A stretch of DNA of 64,000 nucleotides, taken from contig BCKQ01000002.1 in NCBI GenBank assembly GCA_001600695.1, positions 1,437,340 through 1,501,339 of the forward strand, in the 5' to 3' direction. The position numbers and the translations under genes are program-made. Of the stretch, positions 11,549 through 22,619 are shown one piece after another; within the stretch, counting starts at the first letter, position 1, and every line of letters starts with the position of its first letter. Below the pieces are notes generated by a model. That model worked only from the letters and a program-made list of their open reading frames with translations, searched no databases and was not told where the DNA came from. Origin of the DNA: Ascoidea asiatica JCM 7603 (Eukaryota > Fungi > Ascomycota).

Positions 11549-11884
11549 CTGCAGGTTGTCGGTTATCGGTTATAACACGTCGGGTATTAGAAGACATATA
11601 AACTAAGAAATATGTATTTATTCTTCTCTAGTTACAGAGAAACAGAGAGAAACAGTAAAATTGCATTTAAAATGGTCTGACAAGTGTTTTATATTTAGCT
11701 ATTTTCTGCTGCTAGTTTTTCCTGTTCTGGTTTGATCACCAGAGGTTATTGTATTTAGCTCAGAGTTTTTTATTTACCCCATATACCAAAAGAGATCAAA
11801 TAAATGAAGAATACTAGTTTGCACATATACTCATATAATGCTCTTTATTTGCTTATGTATTTATTACAGTTTAATGTAATTTTA

Positions 11885-13756
11885 TCATGTATTTTCATCA
11901 TTTCTATTTGATTCATATTCGGGATGTAAATCTGAATCATAATCTTTAAAATATTTGAATCCAGCTTCATTACCAAATTTATTTAATCTAATTGTAACTT
12001 CACTTCCATATCCTAATAATGTATCAATTTTTATATCTCCTCCAATTTCTTTAACATATAATTTACATAATGGTAATCCAAATCCTAAACCTGCTAAAGG
12101 TGCAGGCCCTTTATTACTAATTGTTAAAGTTTTAATTTTTGGAATATTATTTGAAATTTTTTCATTAGTTGTTGTTAAATTACTCAATTTTGAATCAACT
12201 GTTGAATAAAAATATGACCAAATTTTTTTTAAATGTTTTTCTGGTATACCACCACCTTTATCTGAAATTTTTATTAAAATTTCATTAATACCTTCAGTTA
12301 CATTAATTTTAATAATTGGTAAATTTTTTGATTTTAAATTTAATTTCAATTTATTATGATTTTCAATTGTTGATCTTAAAGAATTTTTAATAATTTCAAA
12401 TAATATAAATTTTAAAAAATTTGGTATACAAATAATTTTAATATTTTCATCACAATTAATTTCAATTTTTGGTGTTAAATTAATATCAATATTACCAATC
12501 CAATTTTTTAAAGAATTTTGAGCAATAATTGATTGTGATTGTATAAGATTTTTAATTTTAAAATTTGTATTAATATAACCAATTGATGAATTTTTTATTA
12601 AATTTTTAATATTTGAAGAATTATTTTTAATTTTATTTGATAATGATAAATTATATTGAAAATTATGTTGATTAATTAAAAGACTTGTATCAATTCTTAA
12701 TTTATTAAAAAAATTTAAAAATTTATGAGCTTTTATTGAATTATCTATATTTTCATTATGTTTATTAATATTCTTATTATTATTACTATTATTATTGTTA
12801 TCATTATTAATATCACCATTATTATTACTTAATAATTGAAATTCAGATGATAAATTAATCAAATCATTGGCATGAATTTTTAAAAAATCTGAATAAAAAG
12901 AATTGTATATATTAAGTGAATTATGAATTTGAGTCGAATAATTATCATAATCTTTATTAATGATATTTATAAAATTACTTGAATTTATATTATATAAATC
13001 ATACGGATTGATGATGATCTTATTTTCATTACTATATTCACTATCATTACCAAAATTGAAATTAGCTGAAGAAGAAGAAGAAGCATTCAAACTCTTCAAA
13101 TCATCAGAAGATAAATCATTGAATATTGGTATCAATTTTCGATTTTTTGATAATAGATAATTATTTAAATTACTTTTTAAAATTATTTGATTATCATTAA
13201 TTTTGTTAGTTTTTCTAAAAAATGATAGAAAGGTATTGAAAAATAAGAACCCTTTTTCTTTCTTTTTATTCCCATTTTTGTTCTCTTTCTCTAGTTGTTT
13301 TTCTTTCTCTTTTTGCTCATCTGATAAAGTTTTTGATAAATTTTGATTAAATTGATTAATTTTGATTAACTGATTTTTTGAACTTAACAAATCATCAGCA
13401 TTATGAAACCCATTTGAATAATCATTTTCTAATTCAGTTTTTTTATCAATATTATGAACGAGATTTAAATTGTATAAATCAATAAATGATTTCTCATATA
13501 ATTTTATTATATCATTAAATGGTTTGATTGAATTATTGTTGTTATTCTTAATATTCTTCAAAGGAGGATTATTTAAATGATTTATTAATTTTGAAAACCG
13601 TATTAATAATTGAATTTTTAAGAAATTATTTGAAACTAAAATTTTTGAAGTTGTTGGAAAAAAAAAAAATTTTGACAGTTTTAATAATGAAACATAAGAT
13701 AAATTTAAACCAGAATATTTTTTTAAAATATCCGAAGATAATCTCTTGATTATCAT
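11885..13756 (-). CDS. Mitochondrial pyruvate dehydrogenase kinase / BCKD-kinase family (Pkp1/Pkp2-like)
   Basis: HATPase_c boxes EIIKNS (N), DKGGG (G1), FYST (F) and APLAGLGFGLPLCKLY (G2); basic N-terminus resembles a presequence; paralog unresolved. Confidence 0.88.
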   Translation of the reverse strand: MIIKRLSSDILKKYSGLNLSYVSLLKLSKFFFFPTTSKILVSNNFLKIQLLIRFSKLINHLNNPPLKNIKNNNNNSIKPFNDIIKLYEKSFIDLYNLNLVHNIDKKTELENDYSNGFHNADDLLSSKNQLIKINQFNQNLSKTLSDEQKEKEKQLEKENKNGNKKKEKGFLFFNTFLSFFRKTNKINDNQIILKSNLNNYLLSKNRKLIPIFNDLSSDDLKSLNASSSSSANFNFGNDSEYSNENKIIINPYDLYNINSSNFINIINKDYDNYSTQIHNSLNIYNSFYSDFLKIHANDLINLSSEFQLLSNNNGDINNDNNNNSNNNKNINKHNENIDNSIKAHKFLNFFNKLRIDTSLLINQHNFQYNLSLSNKIKNNSSNIKNLIKNSSIGYINTNFKIKNLIQSQSIIAQNSLKNWIGNIDINLTPKIEINCDENIKIICIPNFLKFILFEIIKNSLRSTIENHNKLKLNLKSKNLPIIKINVTEGINEILIKISDKGGGIPEKHLKKIWSYFYSTVDSKLSNLTTTNEKISNNIPKIKTLTISNKGPAPLAGLGFGLPLCKLYVKEIGGDIKIDTLLGYGSEVTIRLNKFGNEAGFKYFKDYDSDLHPEYESNRNDENT

Positions 13757-14134
13757 TTTTTGATATTCTTATATTGTTTTGTTTCAAATTAGGGTTTTTC
13801 TCTTTTATAACTTATTATTCAGAAACTATTGAAATTTGAAAATTTGAAGTGATTTTGAGATATAAAAAAAAAAAAAATAACTATTGCTAGTTGTAATAAG
13901 AAGTTTAGAATATGAAAGGAGTGAATATTATCGTATTATCATAAAGCTCTAATTTCTAAAACATTTCAAAAGCTTCAAATATGAAAAACTTGATCTTATT
14001 GATCTTTGGTGAAATTTAATGGTAGCTTTAAAAAGTATTAATTCTTTTCTATGTTGAAACTTGGGGTTATTCATGTTTAATTTCTTCATTTTTTTGATTA
14101 ATTATTGAATTTCATCCATAAAAGGAAAGCTATA

Positions 14135-14435
14135 TCCGAATACAGTGCGAGACGGATTGCACCTCCACTATTGGCTGGCAAAAGTGGTAAAAAATCTAGT
14201 GCACGCGCCTGTCCTATATTCCCGCAGATTAAGGCAATTGATGATTCTCGGGGCCATTTTTAAAAAATCCTCGGGCAAACGTGTGCATATGTGGAGCGCT
14301 GTTTAAAAACGCTGTTTGCATTTTTAAGTTTAATTCCGGAATCAGGATTTTTTTTTTAAATGTCGGATCTGTTTCCGAACTGTTGTTTGCTCGCGGATAT
14401 TCATAGCACACATGCAATCCGCCCCTTTGAGATCC
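14135..14435. promoter_or_regulatory. GC-enriched divergent promoter island (PDH kinase / Yap bZIP)
   Basis: CpG-rich patch bounded by inverted CGGATTGCA (14153) and TGCAATCCG (14413). Confidence 0.5.
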
Positions 14436-14616
14436 ATTCAAAAGCTTTAAAACAGTTGGAATTGTTTAAAGGTATTAAGGTATAAAGGCTTGAAGAGTAA
14501 TTAATAACTAGATATATCAAAGCAAAAGTTACTCAAATTCAACTAAAAGTATAAATTGACGAATTAAGCTTAAAGTGTTTTTATTCATTGTGTAATTAAA
14601 ACTCCAGATTATTCAA

Positions 14617-16017
14617 ATGAACTATTCTTCTTATCAAAAATCTCGATTTCATTCAAACTCAGCAACTTCAAAAACCGATTTTAATATGGATTTTTTAACA
14701 AATAATGATCAATTTGATAATAATCCATTATCAAACCAATTTAATGATTCTTTTTATAATTTGACTTCAAACAACAATAATAACAACAACAAAAACAACA
14801 TCATCAATGACAATAGTAATAATAATGATAATAATAATAATAACAATGATTTTTTAAATTTTTCAAACTTAAATAATTTGAATAATTTAAGCAATTCAAA
14901 TGATTGTGATCTTATTGATAACTTAAGTGTTTTAAATAATTTCGATAATTTAAATGATCCATTGATCAATACAAATGGAATCTTATCAGATTCAAATAAC
15001 TCAAATAATTCGAATAATTCTATTTCTATGAATAATTCTTCTTCTACTGGGGTTTCAAGTCCTAATAGTCCTTTAAATTTAAATAATATCAATAATATCA
15101 ATAATCTTAATAATAATATTGATACTTTATCAAATCAAATTATTTCAATCAAACAAGAATTGAATAGTGATTCAACTAATAATGATTTAATCGATGTTAA
15201 TATTATAAATAATAGTAATGATGAAAATAATAACGATAATAATAATAATAATAATAATAATATTAATATCAATAATAATGATAATCCTAATAATTTAAGT
15301 GATATAGATTTAGCTGCAAAAAGGAAAGCTCAAAATAGAGCTGCTCAAAAAGCATTTAGAGAAAGAAAAGAAATGAAATTAAAAGAATTACAAAAAAAAT
15401 TAAAACAATCTGATGAAGAAAAAAAAGCTTTATTAAAACAATTAGAAACTTTAAAAAGAAAAAATATAATAATTTCAACTGAAAATCAATTACTTTTAAA
15501 TAATAATAAAGAAAATAGTCATAAGATATCAATGCAAAATAATAATCTCAACAAAAATAATAATAATAATAATAATAATAACAATAATAATCATAACAAC
15601 AACAATAATATACCCAATATTCATAGTATATCCAGTGAAAATAGTCGTAATATGTTATTCAGTTGTGAAATAAAATTCACTTTTCCAAAAGTTATACCAA
15701 ATAAAGAATTAGATTCATACGCCTTAAATCAACATAATAATTTCATTAAAAATTCAAATTCTAATAATATTCATAATAATATAACTCTATCTGAAAATAA
15801 AAAATTGATTTATCAAAAAGATGGTCAAAAAATTTTAAGCATAGCTGCAGTTTGGGATTATATTTTATCATTTGAAAATTTAAATCCAGATATTGAAATT
15901 GATATTTCTAAAATTATGGATAGTTTAAATGGTCATGAAAGATGTTATGGATTAGGCCCTGGTTATTATTTAGATAAAATCAATGAAATCATAACTGAAC
16001 AAGTAAATGAACAATAA
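14617..16017 (+). CDS. YAP3: AP-1-like bZIP transcription factor, Yap3/Fcr3 type
   Basis: KRKAQNRAAQKAFRERKE basic region plus zipper; C-terminal LSIAAVWDYI...DISKIMDSLNGHERCYGLGPGY domain with a single Cys, unlike the Yap1 c-CRD. Confidence 0.78.
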   Translation: MNYSSYQKSRFHSNSATSKTDFNMDFLTNNDQFDNNPLSNQFNDSFYNLTSNNNNNNNKNNIINDNSNNNDNNNNNNDFLNFSNLNNLNNLSNSNDCDLIDNLSVLNNFDNLNDPLINTNGILSDSNNSNNSNNSISMNNSSSTGVSSPNSPLNLNNINNINNLNNNIDTLSNQIISIKQELNSDSTNNDLIDVNIINNSNDENNNDNNNNNNNNININNNDNPNNLSDIDLAAKRKAQNRAAQKAFRERKEMKLKELQKKLKQSDEEKKALLKQLETLKRKNIIISTENQLLLNNNKENSHKISMQNNNLNKNNNNNNNNNNNNHNNNNNIPNIHSISSENSRNMLFSCEIKFTFPKVIPNKELDSYALNQHNNFIKNSNSNNIHNNITLSENKKLIYQKDGQKILSIAAVWDYILSFENLNPDIEIDISKIMDSLNGHERCYGLGPGYYLDKINEIITEQVNEQ

Positions 16018-16270
16018 TTTTTTTTATTTTTTTTTTTCTGGATCATTTTGTTCTACTATTTATTTGACTATTTTTTTTTTTTTTCATTCAATTCTTTATT
16101 AAATACTTATTATTCAAATTATCACTTAAGTACTGTCGCTGGAATGTATTTTATGTAAATAAAAATACAATCAAATATATATAAATTTCGATATTATAAA
16201 ATTAATAGTTAAAAAAATTGTACTGAATTTCTATATATATTTATATACATTTTTTTTGGGTATATAATTT

Positions 16271-19200
16271 TTATTTCTCTACTTCCATAAATTCAGGATT
16301 TTTTTTCAATATAACAATACCTTCTAATGCATGTGTAACACTAATATATTCATCATTTTCTAATTCAGCTCTTTCACCATAACCTAATAAAACAGGTGTA
16401 GAATGTGTAACCCATCCTGTTATAGTTTTTGGTTTACCTGCTTGTCCAACCACATCAACAGCTTGACCAACTCTTACATTAACTTTGATTGGATTTAATT
16501 TTTCATCAACAGTAACTAACATTCTTGGACGAATAGCAACATTTAAATAATATAAAAGATAATGAGAATCTTTTAAAATAAATGATCTTGGATTTATTAA
16601 TAATACACTTGTTATTAATAATCCAGCAAATTGAACTCTAGATAATATTTGTCTTTCTGTATGGAATGGATTTAATGATAATGTACCTTTACCTAAATGA
16701 AGTAAACCTTGTGCAATTCTTACCATAAATAAACAATCAGGTTCTTTTACATAATAACTTGCTAATTGTCTTAATAATTGTGCTAATCTTGCATTATTTG
16801 TTCCAGATCCAACTACACCCATAGCATATATTGCATTTAATGCAACATCAATATCTGGATCATGAGAATATCTTGATAATATATCATATAAACTCATTTG
16901 AGGATTTGATACTGATACAAAACTCATTGCCAATGGTACAGTTCTTTTAATTACATCATTACCATAATGCATTAAATGACCAAAATGACGTAAAGACATT
17001 TCTTGACCAATTTCTTCTCCCATTGTAATTGTAGCTAGACCTAAAACAGCATATGCTTGATTTAATTGTTCACTTTCATCAAGTTCTTCACCTGATTCCG
17101 AGAAAAAATCTTCATAATCAACTGAATCAAATGGATTCTTTTTCTTTTTATCAGAACTTTCATCATTTTCTTCAGTCATTACAGCATCACCTTCCTGATC
17201 TGTTTTTACTTTATCAGTATCTGAACTTTCTGTTTTATCTTTTGATTTAGATTCATCCTTTGATTCATCTTTTGAAATATCTTTCGAGGTATCTTTATTT
17301 TCATCTTTACTATCATCTTTATTATCATCTTTATTTTCATCTTTATTTTCATCTTTTGGATCTTCTTTTTTAGTTTTTTTTGGTAAATCAATACAACAAG
17401 CTAATAATTTTTGTATTTCTAAAACATCACCAGATCCAGCATATGCACAAATTTTAACTAAAGTAGCTGTACGTTTTCCCATTGGATGTTCAAAAACTGA
17501 TAAATGTTTTAAAACAGTTGGAAGTCCTTCAATATTACCAATAAACATTATAGCTAAACCTAAAGATATTAATTGACACCATTTACTTGTGAAATCTTCA
17601 TTTGACATTTGAACCATAACTTTAAATATAGGTTCAATAACATCAGTTCTTCTTGTACCTGCAAATACAAGACCTAAAGATAATACAGCAATTGAAGTAA
17701 TTTCAATATTAATAGATTCATCAGAAAGTAAAGAACTTAAAAGTTTAAAAACTTCATCATTTTCAGAACCTGCATATGAAATACCTAAACCAATAATTGA
17801 AGCAATTCTTAATAATCTTGAATTTTCATGTATAAAATCTCTTAATAATAATAAAGAAGCTTCAACTTCTTCTTTAACACCAGTACTAACAATACCCATA
17901 CCTAATAAAGCACCAGCTTTAATATCTTCTTCAGTTGAATATAAATATTTATCAAGATCTTGTAAACCATCAGTTGGATTCCATTGATAAATTGAACCAA
18001 GAGAACCAGTAACAGATAACAGGCCACTACCAGTTGTTTTATAAATCCAAGATTTTGAATCATCAGACATTAATTTATCATTACAAAATCCACAATTTAA
18101 AAAACCATTAACAAAACTTGAAGCAAGATTTTGTTTAGAAGAATCAACAGAAGATTCCATACCATTATCTAAATGAGATTTATAAACATCTTCAGGAACT
18201 TTTGGTTCTAATAAATTTAATTCAGTTATTAAATAAGTGAAATATTCATTCAATTTTCTATTTGATAAACATTGAATAAAATCAGAATTATATTCACGTT
18301 TTGTAATAGTAGAATTAATTTTTTCATCTTTAATTTTATCTTTTGATTTATTTTTATCTTCTTTATTTTCTTGTTTATTATCAATTTTCTTTTCATTATT
18401 TTCAAGATCTTCATCATTATCATTATCTTGATCTTTTTCTTGTTCTTCTTCATCATCGTCGTCATCATCATCATCATCATCATCAGAATCTAAATCATTA
18501 AGTTTAAAATTTGGATATTCTTTAGCTAACATTAAAGCTAATTGATTTAAAAGAGTTTGATCAGTAACTTTATCAAAAAGATCTAAGATTAAACCATCAT
18601 CATTTAATTTCATTGCAATTTGAAGAGCTTGAGTGAATTTTTTAAAACGAAAATAAATTTGAAAAACAGCATTTAAGAAATCTTCATCATCAGGATAAGA
18701 TAATAAAGGTACACAACTAATCATATAAAGACAAACTCTTGAATAAGTTTCATTATCAACTAAATCAGAAATTTTTTCAATATTATCAATTTCAGATAAT
18801 AAATCAACAGCATCAGCTTCACCATTATGTTTTAAAAATTCAGGAATAATTAAAAAAGCTAATTGTTTAAGATCATTAATTGTTACACCTTTTAAGACTT
18901 TAATTTTATGATTTGTTTCAATTTGATGATCTATTTTTTTATCTTTAGTATTAGTATTAGTATTATTTGAAGTAATATTAGATTTAATACTTTTATTATC
19001 AATATCAATATCAATATCATTATTTTTATCATTAATAGTAGTTGTATTACTATCACTTTTATTAGTTTTTAGGATTGAAGAACTATTATTATTATTATCA
19101 TCATTATTGTTGTCATTGTCATTGTCATTGTCATCGTCATCATCATCATCATCATCATTAATACCATTTTCTTTTTCAAGTAATGGATTATATAATAAAC

Positions 19201-19678
19201 CAATTTCTAAAGCTAAATGACGTAAATAATCATGACCCCATTGACTTATATTTGATTCATTTGATAATAATCTAAATTTTAAAGAATCAAGATTATTTTC
19301 ATTTGAATAAGTCATACCTAAAACTGATAAAATATCAGATAATTTTGATTTTAAATTTTCATTAATCCAATTATTATATAAATTAGTTAATAAAGGATAA
19401 AAAGGTCTTAAGAATTTTAATGGCTTTGGAACAGCAGTCATTGAACTTGTTGAATTTTTTATAAAAAATTTTAATTTATTTAAAGATTCATCATATAATT
19501 CAATATTTGATTGATTAAGAGTTTCAACTAAATTTTCTAAATCATTTTTAAGTTGTTGATCTTCTTCACTTAATTCTTCTTCTTCTTTTTTTTGTTTTTG
19601 ATTTTTTTTTGATTTTAAATCTTTAGTGGCGTCATTTGACAAAACTTTTGAAATTGAATTGTCTTCTTTTGAAGACAT
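16271..19678 (-). CDS. RPN1: 26S proteasome regulatory particle base subunit Rpn1
   Basis: STSSMTAVPKPLKFLRP; WGHDYLRHLALEI; PC repeats; C-terminal VRVGQAVDVVGQAGKPKTITGWVTHSTPVLL. Confidence 0.98.
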   Translation of the reverse strand: MSSKEDNSISKVLSNDATKDLKSKKNQKQKKEEEELSEEDQQLKNDLENLVETLNQSNIELYDESLNKLKFFIKNSTSSMTAVPKPLKFLRPFYPLLTNLYNNWINENLKSKLSDILSVLGMTYSNENNLDSLKFRLLSNESNISQWGHDYLRHLALEIGLLYNPLLEKENGINDDDDDDDDDNDNDNDNNNDDNNNNSSSILKTNKSDSNTTTINDKNNDIDIDIDNKSIKSNITSNNTNTNTKDKKIDHQIETNHKIKVLKGVTINDLKQLAFLIIPEFLKHNGEADAVDLLSEIDNIEKISDLVDNETYSRVCLYMISCVPLLSYPDDEDFLNAVFQIYFRFKKFTQALQIAMKLNDDGLILDLFDKVTDQTLLNQLALMLAKEYPNFKLNDLDSDDDDDDDDDDDEEEQEKDQDNDNDEDLENNEKKIDNKQENKEDKNKSKDKIKDEKINSTITKREYNSDFIQCLSNRKLNEYFTYLITELNLLEPKVPEDVYKSHLDNGMESSVDSSKQNLASSFVNGFLNCGFCNDKLMSDDSKSWIYKTTGSGLLSVTGSLGSIYQWNPTDGLQDLDKYLYSTEEDIKAGALLGMGIVSTGVKEEVEASLLLLRDFIHENSRLLRIASIIGLGISYAGSENDEVFKLLSSLLSDESINIEITSIAVLSLGLVFAGTRRTDVIEPIFKVMVQMSNEDFTSKWCQLISLGLAIMFIGNIEGLPTVLKHLSVFEHPMGKRTATLVKICAYAGSGDVLEIQKLLACCIDLPKKTKKEDPKDENKDENKDDNKDDSKDENKDTSKDISKDESKDESKSKDKTESSDTDKVKTDQEGDAVMTEENDESSDKKKKNPFDSVDYEDFFSESGEELDESEQLNQAYAVLGLATITMGEEIGQEMSLRHFGHLMHYGNDVIKRTVPLAMSFVSVSNPQMSLYDILSRYSHDPDIDVALNAIYAMGVVGSGTNNARLAQLLRQLASYYVKEPDCLFMVRIAQGLLHLGKGTLSLNPFHTERQILSRVQFAGLLITSVLLINPRSFILKDSHYLLYYLNVAIRPRMLVTVDEKLNPIKVNVRVGQAVDVVGQAGKPKTITGWVTHSTPVLLGYGERAELENDEYISVTHALEGIVILKKNPEFMEVEK

Positions 19679-19840
19679 CTTTGAATATTGATTATAATTA
19701 TTAGTTATATTAATTGGCTATCAAAGATGAGAATATGGATTGAATAGAATAGAACAGAATAAAATGGAATATATCTAGCCAATTGAATCCTGAAGAGAAT
19801 AGAAGTAACTTAGGTATATTGATTTTATATTAATTCAATA

Positions 19841-19880
19841 AAACTAATAAACTAATAAACTAACAAACTAATAAACTAAT
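19841..19880. repeat. (AAACTAAY)5 octamer tandem repeat
   Basis: aaactaat aaactaat aaactaac aaactaat aaactaat. Confidence 0.85.
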
Positions 19881-20005
19881 AATAATTCAAATGTATATAT
19901 ATAAATAAAGCATATAAACCAACAGCTTCTTTTCTTTCTACTTTGCACTGGTTTTTCATGGAGGCAAATTCGGTCTGGTGAATCTTCAGAGCAGGCCCAG
20001 AGAAC

Positions 20006-20014
20006 TTTGCCACC
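20006..20014 (-). promoter_or_regulatory. PACE element (Rpn4 site) GGTGGCAAA upstream of RPN1
   Basis: TTTGCCACC on the + strand, about 330 bp upstream of the RPN1 ATG; variant GGAGGCAAA at 19960-19968; CACGTGAC at 20049. Confidence 0.85.
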
Positions 20015-20346
20015 GCAGTGGGTCAAAAGAAGGAAGTAGGTACTAGAGCACGTGACCCCTGCAAAGCCAACAAGACCAAAACAACTGCAAAACAACGAGA
20101 TATAAAACAGAGGAAGTGGAAAGTGTGGTAGTAAAGGTAGATATAATATATAATAGACAGATAGATAGATAGATAGATAATAATAGTATGGATATGGATA
20201 GACTATTATTATATAGAATATGGCAATGATTGAAGTAAATCAACCAACTCATCAATCAAATAACTAATAAATACTTAATCACTTATTTATTGAAACTATT
20301 CAATATACTCAATTCAACTAGATCAATTCAATAAGATTTTATAATA

Positions 20347-21048
20347 ATGACAGATACTAATATAAGTTTTTCAAATTTACGATCTCAGATCTTATCTTTA
20401 GAAAATAAAACAACAAAATTATTAACAGATTATTCAGTTTATGCTCAAGTACCATCTGCAAATCAAAATTCAAATGAATTATCTTTAGAAAATGAAATTT
20501 ACTCAATTTTAAAAAAAAGAGATTCATTATTAATTCAATTAAATAATTTATCAAATTTAGAAAATTTAAATAATTTAAAATTATCTCAATTACAAAGACA
20601 TAATGAAATTTTAAAAGAAAATTATAAAGATTTAAATAATTTAAAAAATTCAATATCTCAAGAAAGAAATAGAATTAATTTATTAATTAGTGTAAGATCT
20701 GATATTGCTGCTCACAGAAGAAAAAATGATTTAAATGATAATAATAATAATAATGGTACTTCTATTATGAATAATGAAGATGAATATATAAATGATGAAA
20801 GAAGAAGAATTGATCAATCAAATTCAATAGCTGATAATTTAATATCTCAAGCTTATCAAACAAGAGATGAATTTCAAAGACAAAGAAGTATATTATCAAA
20901 TGCAAATAAAAAATTATTTAATTCTTTATCTAATTTTCCTGGTATTAATACTTTAATATCAAAAATTAATACTAGAAGAAAAAGGGATGCAGTAATATTA
21001 TCTTCTCTAATTTCTTTATGTATAATTATTTTATATTTCTCTTGGTAA
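20347..21048 (+). CDS. GOS1: Golgi v-SNARE Gos1
   Basis: QLQRHNEIL, ISQERNRINLLISVRSDI, ERRRIDQSNSIADNLISQAYQTRDEF..QR, FPGINTLISKINTRRKRDAVIL and a C-terminal TM anchor. Confidence 0.95.
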   Translation: MTDTNISFSNLRSQILSLENKTTKLLTDYSVYAQVPSANQNSNELSLENEIYSILKKRDSLLIQLNNLSNLENLNNLKLSQLQRHNEILKENYKDLNNLKNSISQERNRINLLISVRSDIAAHRRKNDLNDNNNNNGTSIMNNEDEYINDERRRIDQSNSIADNLISQAYQTRDEFQRQRSILSNANKKLFNSLSNFPGINTLISKINTRRKRDAVILSSLISLCIIILYFSW

Positions 21049-21293
21049 ACTTTTATTATTCTCTATTATCCTCTATAAATTAAAACATATAAAAATAAAA
21101 TACAACTTTAAAGAAGGGATAAAAATAAGAATAAAAATATTATATATGTAGTTAAAGTCATTAGAAAATCTCAAATGTTTTTTATGATATGAAATGATAT
21201 GTTATGTTATTTTAGGATTTAATTGAGAAATTGTTTTTTTTAAAAAGAAAAAGGTAATAAAGGTATATATATATAATTCATTCATTATTGTTT

Positions 21294-22619
21294 TTAATAT
21301 CCACATTGATTTGGATAATAACGTTCTGTTAAAGGTTGTGGGAATAATCCATAATCTGTTAATCTTTTAAAATCCCATTCTATTGAAGTTTCTGTTTTAT
21401 AACACCAAAATATCCATCCTGCTCTAATTTCATATGCATCTAATTGTGCTTCAATAAATTTTCTTGTACTAATTTTTTTATCTTCTGTCCATGTTGAAAT
21501 ATCATTAATACCTGAACATGATCCAAAATATATATCAGATTGAAAACTTTGATCATATCTTGAACCTCTATTAACACCATTTAACCATTTACAACAATCT
21601 GTCATAGCTCCAGACCATTCACCAACTATAGTCCAATGATATTCTGTTGAAATTTGTTTACCAATATTACATGCAAAATTTATATGATCTAAAGCAGATC
21701 TTGATAATTCTCCAGTTGAAAAAACTTGATAAAAATGATGATCAATAACAACATTCCAATAATCATTTAATATCATAAATGTATCCCAATAATTAATTGA
21801 TTGAAATGCATCATGAATAATAATATTATTTCTTGAACCTGAATTTCTTAAATTATTATAACCATCAATATAAAATTGTTTAATTTTATTCATATCTAAA
21901 CTTGTACCTAAAGGTTCATTTAATAATTCAATTCCAATAACAGTATTTGATAAATCATCTTGAGAATATTTTTTAATTATATAATTTAAAACTTCAAGAG
22001 TTATTTCAACATTATTATCTTTTTGCCAATTTAAAATATCTCTTAAACCAGAATTATCAAAAGTATTTTGACCACCAGGTGCACCATGTAAATCAATCCA
22101 AACTTTTAAATTATTAATTTTTGCCCATTGAATTGCATTATCAAGAAATTCTTCTTGACCTTGAACATATGGATCATTATCTAATAATTTAAAAGCCCAA
22201 TAACCAATTGGAATTCTAACAGTATTTAAACCATAATTTGAAATATCTTTAAAATCTTGTTCTGTGATAAAATTATTCCAATGATTTTTTAATCTAATTA
22301 AAGCTTCTTCTTTACCTAAAATTTTACAATAATTATATTCATCAACAGGAATTTTACTTTCATCATTACCAAATACTTCAAATAATGATGGATTTATATA
22401 TGGTTCTAATAATAACCAACCTCCAAGATTTACACCTTTTATTTTATTTTCAGGTAATGAATAATCATATTCACGTCTTTGAAATTGAATTGGACTTGAA
22501 TTAATTAATGAAGAAAATAATAAAATAATTAAAAAATTTTTTAAAATTGATGATAAAGATAATAAAGATATAAAAGATAAATTTGAATTTAAATTTCCTT
22601 TAGAAGAAAATGAAATCAT
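21294..22619 (-). CDS. EXG1: Exo-1,3-beta-glucanase, GH5
   Basis: Signal peptide, dibasic RR (Kex2-like) site, [33 protein letters not shown] acid/base, GEWS nucleophile, C-terminal YPNQCGY. Confidence 0.94.
   Translation of the reverse strand: MISFSSKGNLNSNLSFISLLSLSSILKNFLIILLFSSLINSSPIQFQRREYDYSLPENKIKGVNLGGWLLLEPYINPSLFEVFGNDESKIPVDEYNYCKILGKEEALIRLKNHWNNFITEQDFKDISNYGLNTVRIPIGYWAFKLLDNDPYVQGQEEFLDNAIQWAKINNLKVWIDLHGAPGGQNTFDNSGLRDILNWQKDNNVEITLEVLNYIIKKYSQDDLSNTVIGIELLNEPLGTSLDMNKIKQFYIDGYNNLRNSGSRNNIIIHDAFQSINYWDTFMILNDYWNVVIDHHFYQVFSTGELSRSALDHINFACNIGKQISTEYHWTIVGEWSGAMTDCCKWLNGVNRGSRYDQSFQSDIYFGSCSGINDISTWTEDKKISTRKFIEAQLDAYEIRAGWIFWCYKTETSIEWDFKRLTDYGLFPQPLTERYYPNQCGY

Noticed and set aside
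11375-11575. 66-aa ORF over the GC island, and similar ORFs at 14229, 19868, 24342, 35217, 35347, 38818, 38820, 38880
   Set aside because: They arise because GC-rich islands lack stop codons; codon usage is unlike real genes and there are no domains
11290-11600. Hammerhead (CTGAAGA) or group I intron remnant
   Set aside because: No stem II/GAAA core, and no matching P7 R/S pair
19841-19880. Tandem branch-point-like ACTAAY motifs as an intron
   Set aside because: Wrong strand for RPN1 and upstream of the GOS1 promoter island; simply an octamer microsatellite
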